This document shows positions 53,190-64,000 of a DNA stretch of 64,000 bases, piece after piece; the stretch's first letter is position 1, and the number at the start of each line of letters is the position of its first letter. A program made the position numbers and the translations under genes. Source of the DNA: Octopus vulgaris (Eukaryota); NCBI GenBank assembly GCA_951406725.2, contig OX597823.1:1860001-1924000 (forward strand), in the 5' to 3' direction. The notes beneath the pieces were generated by a model. The model was given only the letters and a program-made list of their open reading frames with translations, ran no database searches and was not told where the DNA came from.

Positions 53190-53630
53190 ACGTGCTGAGG
53201 GTGTCACATCAGGCTGTAAAACAGCTCTGCAGGTGTTTCAGCCTCTTCCACTGTGCCACTTCCACTGCCCAGTGCCACCCACTGATGTACAACAGTACAA
53301 GCTTTGTTGAGTGTGACTCTGGTCCTGAGGATATTTCTGGTGGCTCTACTCTTCTCCCTTCAGCCAAATGTTATATAGTTTGCTTTCTCAGTGGCTTCTG
53401 ACAATTTTCTGCCAAAATCTTTTCTTTCTTTTGCAATTAGTTCAAGACTCTTGAGCCCTGAGTGAACCCTGGTTCCAACAACTCCACTAACACCTTATCC
53501 CTACAGGAAGGCATTCTGCCTCCCCTCCGTTTCACCCAACCAATTCTATTTAGTGTCTTTCCAGAAGGAAGCATTTTCTATGTTTGCTTCCCAGAGAAGT
53601 GTCAACACTAGAATCTTTACCAGCTTCTGT
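53190..53630 (-). mobile_element. Decayed RLE-type (HERO-like) LINE 3' end
   Basis: LTLLWEANIENASFWKDTK..LKSLEL..LSEATEKA resembles the ELTVPWEENIE..K restriction-like endonuclease region. Confidence 0.5.
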
Positions 53631-53669
53631 TATTCGCACCATAAGACAATGTTGGGCCCTTTTATGGTG

Positions 53670-55610
53670 AGAAGTGATATTTCACAAGAAGACTTTTTGA
53701 GATTAGTGTTGTGGAGGGAGTAAGTAGACACTGGGTTTCTCCTCCCAAAATGCATGGTGGTACATTTGTCCACAGCCAGCTTGAGTTGCCAGTCCATGAT
53801 CCACTGCTGCATTGTGTCCAGGTCTGCTTGCAATGGAGATCTATAGTGTACAGGATCTGTCCTCTTTATTTCGAGGTACAGCTTGATGTCATCTGCATAT
53901 TTCAGCACTGTGGCATTCTTTAAGTTGGCATCTATGTCATTAACATATGCAACAAATAAAAGGGGGCCAAGAACAGATCCCTGTGGTACACCAGATGTCA
54001 TCTCATAGGGTGAAGAGTGATGTCCTAGAACTGTGACAACCTCTTTTCGGCCGAAAATAAAGGACTTCAACCAGTTATGGAGTTCGTCTCTTATGTCCAA
54101 TACAGAGAGTTTCACCATAAGTCTTTTGTGTGGCACAGAGTTAAAAGCCTTAGCAAAGTCCAGGTAAACAACATCCACCCAGGATCCGCGATTTGGGTAA
54201 TGTCCTCAAGAAACTCGATGAGTTGATTACAGCAGCTGGAGTTAGGAAAAAATCCAAATTGTGACGGCTGGATGAGGCTGTGAGACTTCCAGAAGTTCTA
54301 GAGGGTTTCCCTGACACAGGATTCCATCAGTTTGGCGATGCAGCTAGTAAGACTAATGGGGCAATAGTTGACAGGCGATGTGCAGTCGCCTTTTTTGAAC
54401 AGAGGGATAACACTGGTAGTTTTCCACTGCTCTGGAGTAACACCATTGTCAAGACAGAATTGGAAGAATAGAGAAAGTTGGTTTAGAAGAAAGTACCCAC
54501 TGCGTTTGAGAAGTAGGTATGTAACACCATCGAGATCAGGAGAGGCATAGTTGCATTTGTTCTTAAGGTGGCGTTGCAGCATTGCTGGTGTAAATTGCAT
54601 AGTAGATATAGAGTCCGATGTCAGTGGTGATGATGATGGAACATTTTGGTCTTCGACAGTAAAGATGCCTGCATAGCATCCAGCAATGATTTCTGCACAT
54701 TCTTTGGGATTGCCAGTAATCTGTCCTGTGTGGGGATTGCGAAGGGGACCAACTGGAGAGTGAGGTCTCTGCTTTGAGTGCACATACTTCCAGAACACTT
54801 TGTTGTTAGGGTTGGTTGCAATGCGTTGTTCAAATTCAAGCACTGCCTTTTTTGTCACCTGTTTGAGGTGGTTGGCTGACCTGTTGCACTTTTTCCAGTT
54901 GATCTCTGATTTGTGCAATTTGTATTCCTGTTCAGCATTACAGCAATCTTTCCTGGCACATTGGGTGTTTTTTTGGGGGGCTTATGTAGCACCGATGCTG
55001 CACATGCCGTCCATATTGAATCCAGAATGTTCTGAAGTATATGCTAGAGGCATAAAATTTGAGCCAGTTTGGGCATCGCAGCTTGGTACAATAAGAGTTC
55101 CAGTCTGCTTTATTCCAGTCAAAGCGGGCAGTTTGAAGATGGTTGTGGTTTTTGTTACAACCAATCAGAGACAAGTTGGCCATGATCATGGAATGATCAG
55201 AGTCACCTAAAGGTTCTTCAGTAGTGACACTAATAATTGCATCAGGAGAAGCGGTAAATAGCAGATCCAAAGTGTTGTTACCCCTTGTGGGGGAGGTAAC
55301 AACTTGGGACCAATTTGAATTCAGCACCAGTTCAAGGAAATTGTCTGCACTTTGCAGCCAAGGCTTCCCAGTCAATCTCAGGGAAATTGAAGTCCTCGCA
55401 ATATAAACATAAGTGGCTGTTTTCATGGCAGCAACTTTGAGGATATCAAAAAGTAGAAGTGTTGACATGGTCATGTGTATATTGCAGAAAAATACTTCCT
55501 GTTGAGATTGGTTCAAATCATCACAAGGAATTGCCGATTGGTTTGAACGAACGTAGACCATCACACCCCTACCATTCTGTTAGAATGTGTTATTCCTGAA
55601 GACTGGCATA
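53670..55610 (-). mobile_element. CR1-clade LINE (endonuclease and RT), frameshifted
   Basis: PTRGNNTLDLLFT..SDHSMI, IPLFKKG..NYCPISLTS, DVVYLDFAKAF..GVPQGSVLGPLLF..YADD. Confidence 0.92.
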
Positions 55611-55957
55611 GCAGCAATTTTGTCAACCGAGAGAAAACAAAAGGCATAAAACCAAACCAATTTCAAATTTTTTTTAATAAATGGTGAAAGTTATGAATTA
55701 TTTCTAAAACAGCAGATATTAATTTCTGCAGTAAGAGTTTTCCTCTGGGAATTCCCTTCCAGAAGCTGTTTGAAACCTGAGAGAGTTACATCATGACCAT
55801 TCCTTAATAGTCCTGAACCATAAAAAATAAAAACATCAAGAATTTAAAGAAAAGGTGACCAAAAACAGCTGGACAAAAATTCAAACCATTCCTTAAACAT
55901 CATCTGCAGGGGACAGCAGTGAGAAGGGATGTGTAGAAAGACTAACTTGGTCCCAGT

Positions 55958-56150
55958 TTAACCCTTTTGATACCAACCCACCTAAAACCAGCCTTGCTTC
56001 TTCTATGATACAAATTCTCGTTTTAAACTTATCTAAATTAAAACCATCAAATTTTGATTCTGATTTCTGTTCCAAACACCAGCTTAATGATGACAAAGTC
56101 ATTTTACTAAATTCTTCATCATTTTCAAAAACAAATTGAAACAACGTTTT
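55958..56150. mobile_element. Possible piggyBac-type MITE fragment (relative at about 47350-47540)
   Basis: Starts TTAA-CCCTTTTGATACC. A reverse-oriented relative ends at about 47539. Confidence 0.4.
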
Positions 56151-57634
56151 GTCATAGAGACAGAGAGGTGTAGATAGACTGAGTCCACTTGCAGTGGTCA
56201 TCTAAGCAGACTCTGCCCATTTAACCCAAGTGGAACAGCTTCCTTACAGACTCAAATGTTTGAACTGGCAACAAGTTTGTATCTTTTCCAAATAAATCAT
56301 TTTGCTTTTCCTTTATTCATCCCTTTGGCATTTAAACTGTCCATCCCTGGCCTAAACACTCTACCTGTTTCATGTCCAAACTGGTCAGATCTGACATGTC
56401 ACACCAACCTTACAGTGTCATTGTGAAAATAAACAATCACATCATTGAAATCTTAATGCCATGAGATAAACCATGATTAATTCAAAACAATGGGAGGAGA
56501 CCGACTGAGTCAAGTGCTTCAACATCAAAATAAATAAACAAATATCAAATGGAAATTGTAGTTGTGATAACAGTGCCGGTGGCACGTAAAATGCACCCAC
56601 TACACTCATGGAGTGGTTGGCGTTAGGAAGGGCATCCAGCTGTAGAAACACTGCCAGATCAGACTGGAGCCTGGTGCAGCCTCCTGGCTTCCTAGATGTC
56701 AGTCGAACCGTCCAACCCATGCTAGCATGGAAAGCAGACGTATGATGATGATGATGATGATGATGCATGTGAACATTCAAGAGAGGAATCTGAACAGTGC
56801 AGGTTTAAAACATTTTGTCCTTGTGTGGCCGTCAGTAAAGAGAAACCTGCTTAAGGTGAACCAGGCCGAAACTAGGGCAGTGATCAGGAGAGAATGGTGT
56901 AAGGGTCCAAACTGTATCAGGGATTAGTTTATTCTATAAACAACATAAGAAATATAAATGGAACGTCAATACTGCAACCAGTGCAGACTAGCAATGCACC
57001 ACAAAGTGTGAAACTGCACGGGAGCCTTAGTGGAGTGAGAAGGAATTAGTCTTTGAGGTGAGACAAATAATAAGAGAGAGACAAGACAGGACCTTGGTGG
57101 AACATTTAGGATCCTTCTCCAATGACTTTGCCAGAAATAGATAGAAGATAAGTTAGTATTTGCATAATAGATTCAGAACCTGGGAGTCGAGGTACCATTG
57201 TCGCATGGTTTGGGGAAAGATGATGCTTGAAAAACTGCTAGTCATACTGACAACAAAAGGTTCTTAGAAAAAAATAATTTCAAGAAGTCCATGTAAAAAA
57301 TTAGGTTCTATATGGCATTAAGGCAGTAAATACAGAGAATTTGGTGGGAATGCAAAGAAATCAGCCAAGAAATCAGCCAGTTGCAGTGCTTTTGGAGCTG
57401 TTGACTTACAGGAAAAGTTAATCCCAAGTAAATTGAGAATTTTACAGATTAGAAAAATTAATCAAATAAACTTCAGATAACTGCACTGGAAGATGCCTTT
57501 TAACACAAAGTATGACATACTCTAGAAAAAGATTAGTAGCAGTGATGAGAAGAAATTGATGGCGTATGACATATACATCCGACACATGCCAACTATGGAT
57601 AACAAGGTATTGAAACAATAACCTTAACTATGTT

Positions 57635-57668
<34 letters not shown>

Positions 57669-59228
57669 ACAGTAGAACTTTGGTTTATGAATTTAATTTG
57701 TTCCAAGAGGCCATTCACTACTCAAATTTTTCCTAAACTGCAACTATTTTTCCCATAGCAAATTCAAGAGAAAGCACAGCAAATTCAAGCAGGAATGTGC
57801 ACTGAGTGAAAGCAAGACATCAACTGATGCTCTCCCTGTCATATTCCCACCTCGTCACCAACCATATTTGCCGGATTGCATGTTCGTTGCTCAAGACACT
57901 GTTTGTCAACCGAAATGTTTTATGTTAAAAAAATTATTCATAAATCAATTTTTTCATGATGAGAGGCATTCATAAACTGAGATTCCACTGTATATAAACA
58001 CACACACATACATACGTAGATATGTGTGTGCCCGTGCTAGTAGGGTGCCAAACACACCATCCGAGCATGATCGTTGCCAGAACAGCCAACTGTGCCGGTG
58101 GCACGTAAAAGGGCACCATTCGAGCATGATCGTTACCAACGTCGCCTTACTGGCACCTGTGCCTGTGGCATGTGTAAAAAGATTCATTGCCAGTACCACC
58201 TGACTGGCACCTGTGCCGGTGGCACGTAAAAAGTACCCGCTACACTCTTGGAGTGGTTGGCATTAGGAAGGGCATCCAGCTGTAGAAACTCTGCAAGATC
58301 AAGATTGAAGCCTGGTGCAGCCATCTGGTTTGCCAGCCCTCAGTCAAAATTGGCCAACCCATGCTAGCATGGAAAGCGGACGTTAAACGATGATGATGAG
58401 GATGATGATGATGATGTATTTATGTATGTATGTAACTGATACAAGACAGGATGTGTAGGGGCATCAATGCTAAATACTTGATGTGAAAATCAAGTTCACA
58501 CGCTGCCTGTCAATATTGTCTGGTCATCACAGAAGACACCAAACAGGAACAATAAATTATAGAACAGCTTAAAACAAAACAGATTTCTAATCCTGAGATG
58601 ACACGAAGAGTTTTATGAAAAAAAAATCCATGAGGATCAAATCCTCAATTGACATAATCCCTAGTTTAAGTGGAAGAATATTGCTGCATTTAAAAAAAGA
58701 GAAATGAGAAACAAATTTAAGGAGACTATTCTTAAAACTATCCCAGAGCTGTGTTTACCATTTTATTAACCAGAAAAAAATTGTCAGGAACGAAATTGTG
58801 CGATTATTTTATCTTTCAACAAATTTTCCATAAAAGGAAAGAAAATGTGAGACACTTCCTATTATTCTAAGAGCAAAGACTGAAGCTTGTTTCTGATCTT
58901 CTTTCTCTCGTGGCACAACCATAAATCAATGCCTGTTTGTGCTGGTCTTTGTTCCAATTTGGAAGACATTTGTTTTTAGAATCAGTCCTGCTTCTTTACT
59001 CCCCTCCTCCTACCCAAATATTGAAAATCCTAAATAAATTCCACCACCCTAAACTATTACCGTTCAAGGAGCACCCTGTTAATAGAACACACACCTAACT
59101 AGACCACTCTACCGGAACTACAGTGACCTTTCTGTGGAGGGATAAACTGGAACGATGCAAAGGATCGGAAAGAAGAACTTCAAAGAGAAACACTCAAGTT
59201 TAGCAAAAAAAAAAAAAAAGACTACTAC

Positions 59229-59260
<32 letters not shown>

Positions 59261-60916
59261 TATGTTTTAAAAAGTTTGAAGTGTAATAGAAGAAAAAAAG
59301 AAAATTTCAAATTAGACAAATAAACAACATTACAAATATAAAAGGATAATAAAAAACAAACAATCATTATTAATTATTTTTTTTAAATCAAACAAAAAGC
59401 ACATTTTCCAAAATAAGAAGCAAAAGCATTTCTCTTTGAAGAATTAAACGTCATTAAGAATAACCATTTTAAGTATGAAATATGTGTATGCTCAGAGTTC
59501 CTAACTGTGGGTAGTTTAGTGATAGTGGAGAAGGGAAAAAAAGAACTAGATTTGACCGTTTTAACGAAGCCAGGTTGAAGTCTTTAACTTTTCTGAAGAA
59601 GAAACCCAAATTTTTATTTTAACCAAGTTGAATAAAGATCATACCAAATTACCTCCCCTTGCATAAGTCTCCGTCTTAAAACGAATTTAATCTTATTTGA
59701 TACCCAAACAAGTTTCTTTCACAAACTAACGCTGCTAGGTGCAGTAAATATTACCATTTTTCATTGCAAAGATATTTTCACAACAAAAAATTCCTAATCT
59801 CCAACAAAAACTGCATCATTTTACTGATGGGAAGAATGATTCTCATTTTAAAAGACATTAATTGTAAAAGCTGTTTTTCCAACAAATTGTTTGGATTTAG
59901 AAACCCCCAATAAAAATAAAGTTTTTTTTCACAAAAACTATCAATTCTTCAAATACTTAAAAATTTAGAAAACTGCATCATTAGGAAAATTTTATTTTAT
60001 TCTTAATTCATTAACAATCCACATCTCAAATCTAGAATACTGGAATCTTTATTAAATGGATAGATTTAGGGAGCTGGTTAGGGCCCAACACCACTTGTTT
60101 ACAATTCATATTGAAGGGTCCCACGAGCTGGCAGAATTGTTGGCACACTGGGCAAATGCTGAACAACATTTCATCAGCTTTTACAATCAGAATTCAAATC
60201 CTGCCAAGGTTGATTGTGCCTTTCCTCCTTTCAGGGTCAATAAGATACCAGTTGAATTCTGGGGTCAATGTAACCAACTTAACCATTGTGCCAAATTTTA
60301 AACAAATTTTAGGAACTGAATGAAGCATACACAATACAAATGACTTTTTTCCAAGTTAAAGGAATAAAAATAATAATCGTCACTTATGAATGATGTTTGT
60401 TTCGTAATTAAATTGGGGGAAATTCATGTTTTTCATTTGTTTACTGTAACTGATAATTTAAAAATCAAGATAAACGTGGGGGGTGGGGAGGCACCAGAAA
60501 GATCACTGTAAACAGAGAACATACATGTTTTTTTTTGTTTTCTCTTTTTTTTTCATAAAATAAATAATTCTTACAAACAAATCAACTAAAAGTAAGAAAA
60601 AAGTTATGTTTAATATTGGTTTCTATGTATGTATAAAAATGTTACAATTCAGAGACAATATACATACATACATATCGACTTACATTATACATTCTACAGT
60701 TTAATGTAAGCAGTGATAACAACAACAAATAAACAAAAAACTATTCTTAGAAAAATATTTTTTCGTTTTTTTTTTCAATTTATGAATTTTATTTGCTATT
60801 TTTGTATATTTGTTTTGATTTATTTACATTTTTTTAAAAATTATTCTTTTAACTTTCTTTGTGGAGGAGGGCAATGGAGGTAAATAGATAAAAAAAAAAA
60901 AAAGATGGTGACGTAC

Positions 60917-61004
60917 CTTTAAAAAGCATTGAGGCCTTACTGTCTTTGGTTGAAGGGTTCTCTTGGAGGGCAGGCACAAGTTGGCGCAGAGTTTCAAAGC
61001 CTCT
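60917..61004 (-). CDS. Mondo/ChREBP-like factor, HLH exon (upstream exons not found, probably outside the window)
   Basis: 88 nt: RGFETLRQLVPALQENPSTKDSKASMLFK, compare ChREBP GFDTLHGLV..PSLKVSKATTLQK. TTTCAG acceptor, GTACGT donor. Confidence 0.9.
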
Positions 61005-61636
61005 CTGAAACATCAGCATAACCAGATAGAGACAGGGTGGATCGACAAACAGTGCAATGACCCAGAACAACAACAACAACAATAACATCATCATCATCAT
61101 CATCATCACAAACCAAAACAAATCTTTGGGAAATGTACTAGCAATGGAATTGGTCATGCAGGCATTACATGGTGATGGTCATGTTGGGAGGAGAGAGGTG
61201 TTTTTATTTGCAACAAAGAACAATGCTTCCATATACAGTAATTACTCGCCATGTCACGGTTCACCGATCATGCCCTCAGTAAGTGTGAGAATCTGAGAGA
61301 GAATATTTACTCAAAGCCAGGAATTTTTTGAATCCAGGTGAAAAAATCACAGGTAAAAAGTCATGGTAATAAAGGCACAGGGGTTCTGTGATCGTCACAT
61401 TGATCACAACAGAGAAAGTTGCCATAGCAATACCTGCTCAATGGCCTACACAGAGATGCAAAAAGTGTATGGAGGGGAGCGTAGGAGGTGCACACAAGTG
61501 TGCGAGTGGTTCACACGTTTCTAAGAGGCCACAAAAATGCCAATATTGACGAATATTTTGGTACACACACACACACATTTCTCAGACAAGAAGACTAATC
61601 TGGCACCAATTAAATAGACTTACTGGTATTGCGTTT

Positions 61637-61781
61637 TGACTTTGCCTTTCATCCTTTCGGGGTCGATAAATTAAGTACCAGTTACGCACTGGGGTCGATG
61701 TAATCGACTTAATACCTATATCTGTCCTTGTTTGTCCCCCTCTGTGTTTAGCCCCTTGTGGGTAATAAAGAAATAGAAATA
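61637..61781 (+). mobile_element. 5'-truncated SINE family A with 12-bp TSD
   Basis: GGTATTGCGTTT at 61625-61636 and 61782-61793. Confidence 0.85.
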
Positions 61782-61785
61782 GGTA

Positions 61786-63495
61786 TTGCGTTTCCCCAAA
61801 ATAAGACCCAGTCAAAAGTGCATTAGCTTGTTAACAAGACCATGTGTTGTTTGCAAAAGGAACCAATTACTGCAGCTCAGTTAAAGTCTGCAATAAGCAC
61901 ATTGAGTTGACTCCTTTGGCTCCTTTGGCTTGACCCCCCTCTTGGCTTGACCCCACCTCTTGGCTTGACCCCCCCTCTTGCTTGACCCCCCCTCTTGGCT
62001 TGACTTCCTTGTCCCCCAGTAAAGATGAGTACAAAAAGAGAGAATTATTCCATGGAGTACAAGAAGAGTCACATAACAAGAATCTTCAGCTTTCTGTAAG
62101 GAGATGTTGGATCTCCGAATGATTCAAAGATGGCGAGCAGAGTACGATAATCTCAGCAGACAAATGGACGAAGGAAGTGCTAAGAAGCACAAGCATGGAT
62201 CCGGTCGACAACCGTTATTTTTGGAGCTGGAAGATGTCACTTCGGGATGGATTGCTGACAGAAGGACAAAGGCTTTGGTTGTACATAGGGCTGATATTCA
62301 AGAATTTGCTCTTACAATAGCACCACAGTTGGATATACCACCAGAGATATTCAAAGCATCACCTCATTGGTTGGATAACTTCCTTCAGCGATACGAGTTC
62401 TCTCTAAGAAGATCAACAACACTGTTCAAAGTGGAGGATGCTGGAGCGATTCAACGTGCACTTGCATTCAAGTCCTTCGTTGAGGGCATTGAATTTTCTA
62501 AATACAATCTCTCTAATATAATTGCTATGGATGAAACCTCAGTATTTATGGGCCAAGGATCCAAATCGACAGTTGAACAGACAGGTGCCTTGTCAATCTA
62601 CACTGCCTCAATGGGTTACGTAAGTTCAAGAGTTACTTGTATTTTAGCAATTCCTCTTGATGGAACGGAAGTCCCACCTCTTATCATCGCAAAGAGTAAA
62701 ACAGAGGAAACAGAATGAGTTTTGGGCATTTATGTCCTTGAAACGGAAAAGGGTTGGTGCACAGAAGTTGTTATAAGAAAATGGGTTGATTTAACTATGC
62801 CACTTGTTTTACATGGTTCTCAAAGAGGTCTTTTAGTCTGGGATTCAGCCACTGCTCATCACGCAAAAGATATGAAAACCTTCATTTCTGAAAGAAGAAT
62901 TGACCACACAATGATTCTCGTGGGAATGACTCCATATCTACACACGTTAGATCTTGTAATAAACAAGCCCTTCAAGGATTATTTGCTGATGGAAGTGAAT
63001 GAATATGTTGAACATAGAACCGAGAAAAATCAGCGTGGAAACTTTGTCAAATGCAACCTCCAAGAAGTCGTGAATTGGGTGAAGAATTCATGGAATAAAC
63101 TTACCGACAGTTGTGTTGCCAATGCATTACGAGCAGGGTACTTGGACAAAAAGTGTTCATTTAAGGAAAGTTATATTGCCAGACATGAGAGATTGGGATC
63201 CATGATTCTACAGGAAATGGTTTTGCAAGAAATTCAGGGTTTCGATGATTTGTGACGATGTTCCAGAAGAGGATGAAATGTTTGTACTTGACTAAAAACA
63301 ATAAACAAATAAATAAACTTTTGATAACTAAAAACATGGGTTTCCTTTTTACAATTTTTTCCTTTTACACAAGGACATGAGACCTCTTTGTCTTTCTTGG
63401 ATTTTTTCCACAAAAATAAGACATCCCCTGAAAATAATCCCTTTCTTAGATGCAGAATTGATATATGACCAGATCTTATTTTCGGGGAAACACAG
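61786..63495 (+). mobile_element. Tc2/pogo-like DNA transposon with TIRs and TA flanks
   Basis: TIRs TTGCGTTTCCCC-AAAATAAGACC and GATCTTATTTTCGGGGAAACACAG, TA on both sides, about 17-bp tandem repeats at 61925-62005. Confidence 0.85.
62104..63255 (+). pseudogene. pogo/Tc2 transposase (CENP-B-type HTH and DDE_1), one in-frame stop at 62716-62718
   Basis: FKASPHWLDNFLQRYEFSLRR, IAMDET, LLVWDSATAH, LDLVINKPFKD. Confidence 0.9.
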
Positions 63496-64000
63496 TAGAT
63501 CAGCACTAGGAAATATTTCTTAGGTAGAAACACATGAGAGCGAATAGGGGTGGGGCAGGTTTGCTTCAAAGATAGGCATTCACTGCCCGTCTGGCTCCTG
63601 TGCCAGTGGCACATTAAAGCACCCACTAAACTCTTGGAGCGGTTGGCGTTAGGAAGGGTATCTAGCTGTAGAAACCGTGCTTGGCGCAGCCTTCTGGCTC
63701 ACCAGTCCTCAGTCAAACCGTCCAACCCCTGCCAGCATGGAAAGCGGATGTTAGATGACGACGATGATGATGATGATGATTTTGAACAAAAAGTAATGTA
63801 ACAGAAATAAAATGACTGAGAAACAATATTTAAAGAAAAAAATAAAAGAAAAAGCAACAAGTCCTGGTTTTGTTGGGGAAGAAGACATTTGTTGAGTGAA
63901 GCGGATTCCATGTGATCCTGGAAAGGAAAATGGCAAATGCAAAGGGAGTCGGAGGGGGAAATGTATTGAAAGGGGAAGAATAGGAGAGAGGAGGGGGGAG

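Overview
Repeat-dense animal genomic DNA, very probably an octopus. The species is inferred from the SINE families and extreme microsatellite load, not proven. One host gene is visible: the 3' five coding exons of a Mondo/ChREBP (MLXIP/MLXIPL-family) bHLH-ZIP factor on the minus strand (61004-60917, 52165-52066, 42741-42618, 40153-40024, 38728-37866). These splice in frame, include a U12-type (minor spliceosome) intron and end in a long low-complexity C-terminal extension. A CpG/GC-box/CRE-rich promoter-like island lies at about 1.2-1.6 kb. The rest is decayed mobile DNA: RTE, CR1, Tx1/L1, R4/Dong, HERO and Penelope retroelements, mariner and Tc2/pogo transposons, a non-autonomous Helitron, MITEs, about four SINE families, and microsatellites. 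The most notable unannotated signal is a set of hammerhead-ribozyme motifs, several intact, in Penelope-type terminal repeats and in fold-back elements centred on head-to-head hammerheads. Most ORFs in the supplied track are microsatellite artefacts. Repeat boundaries are approximate and all homologies were judged by eye.
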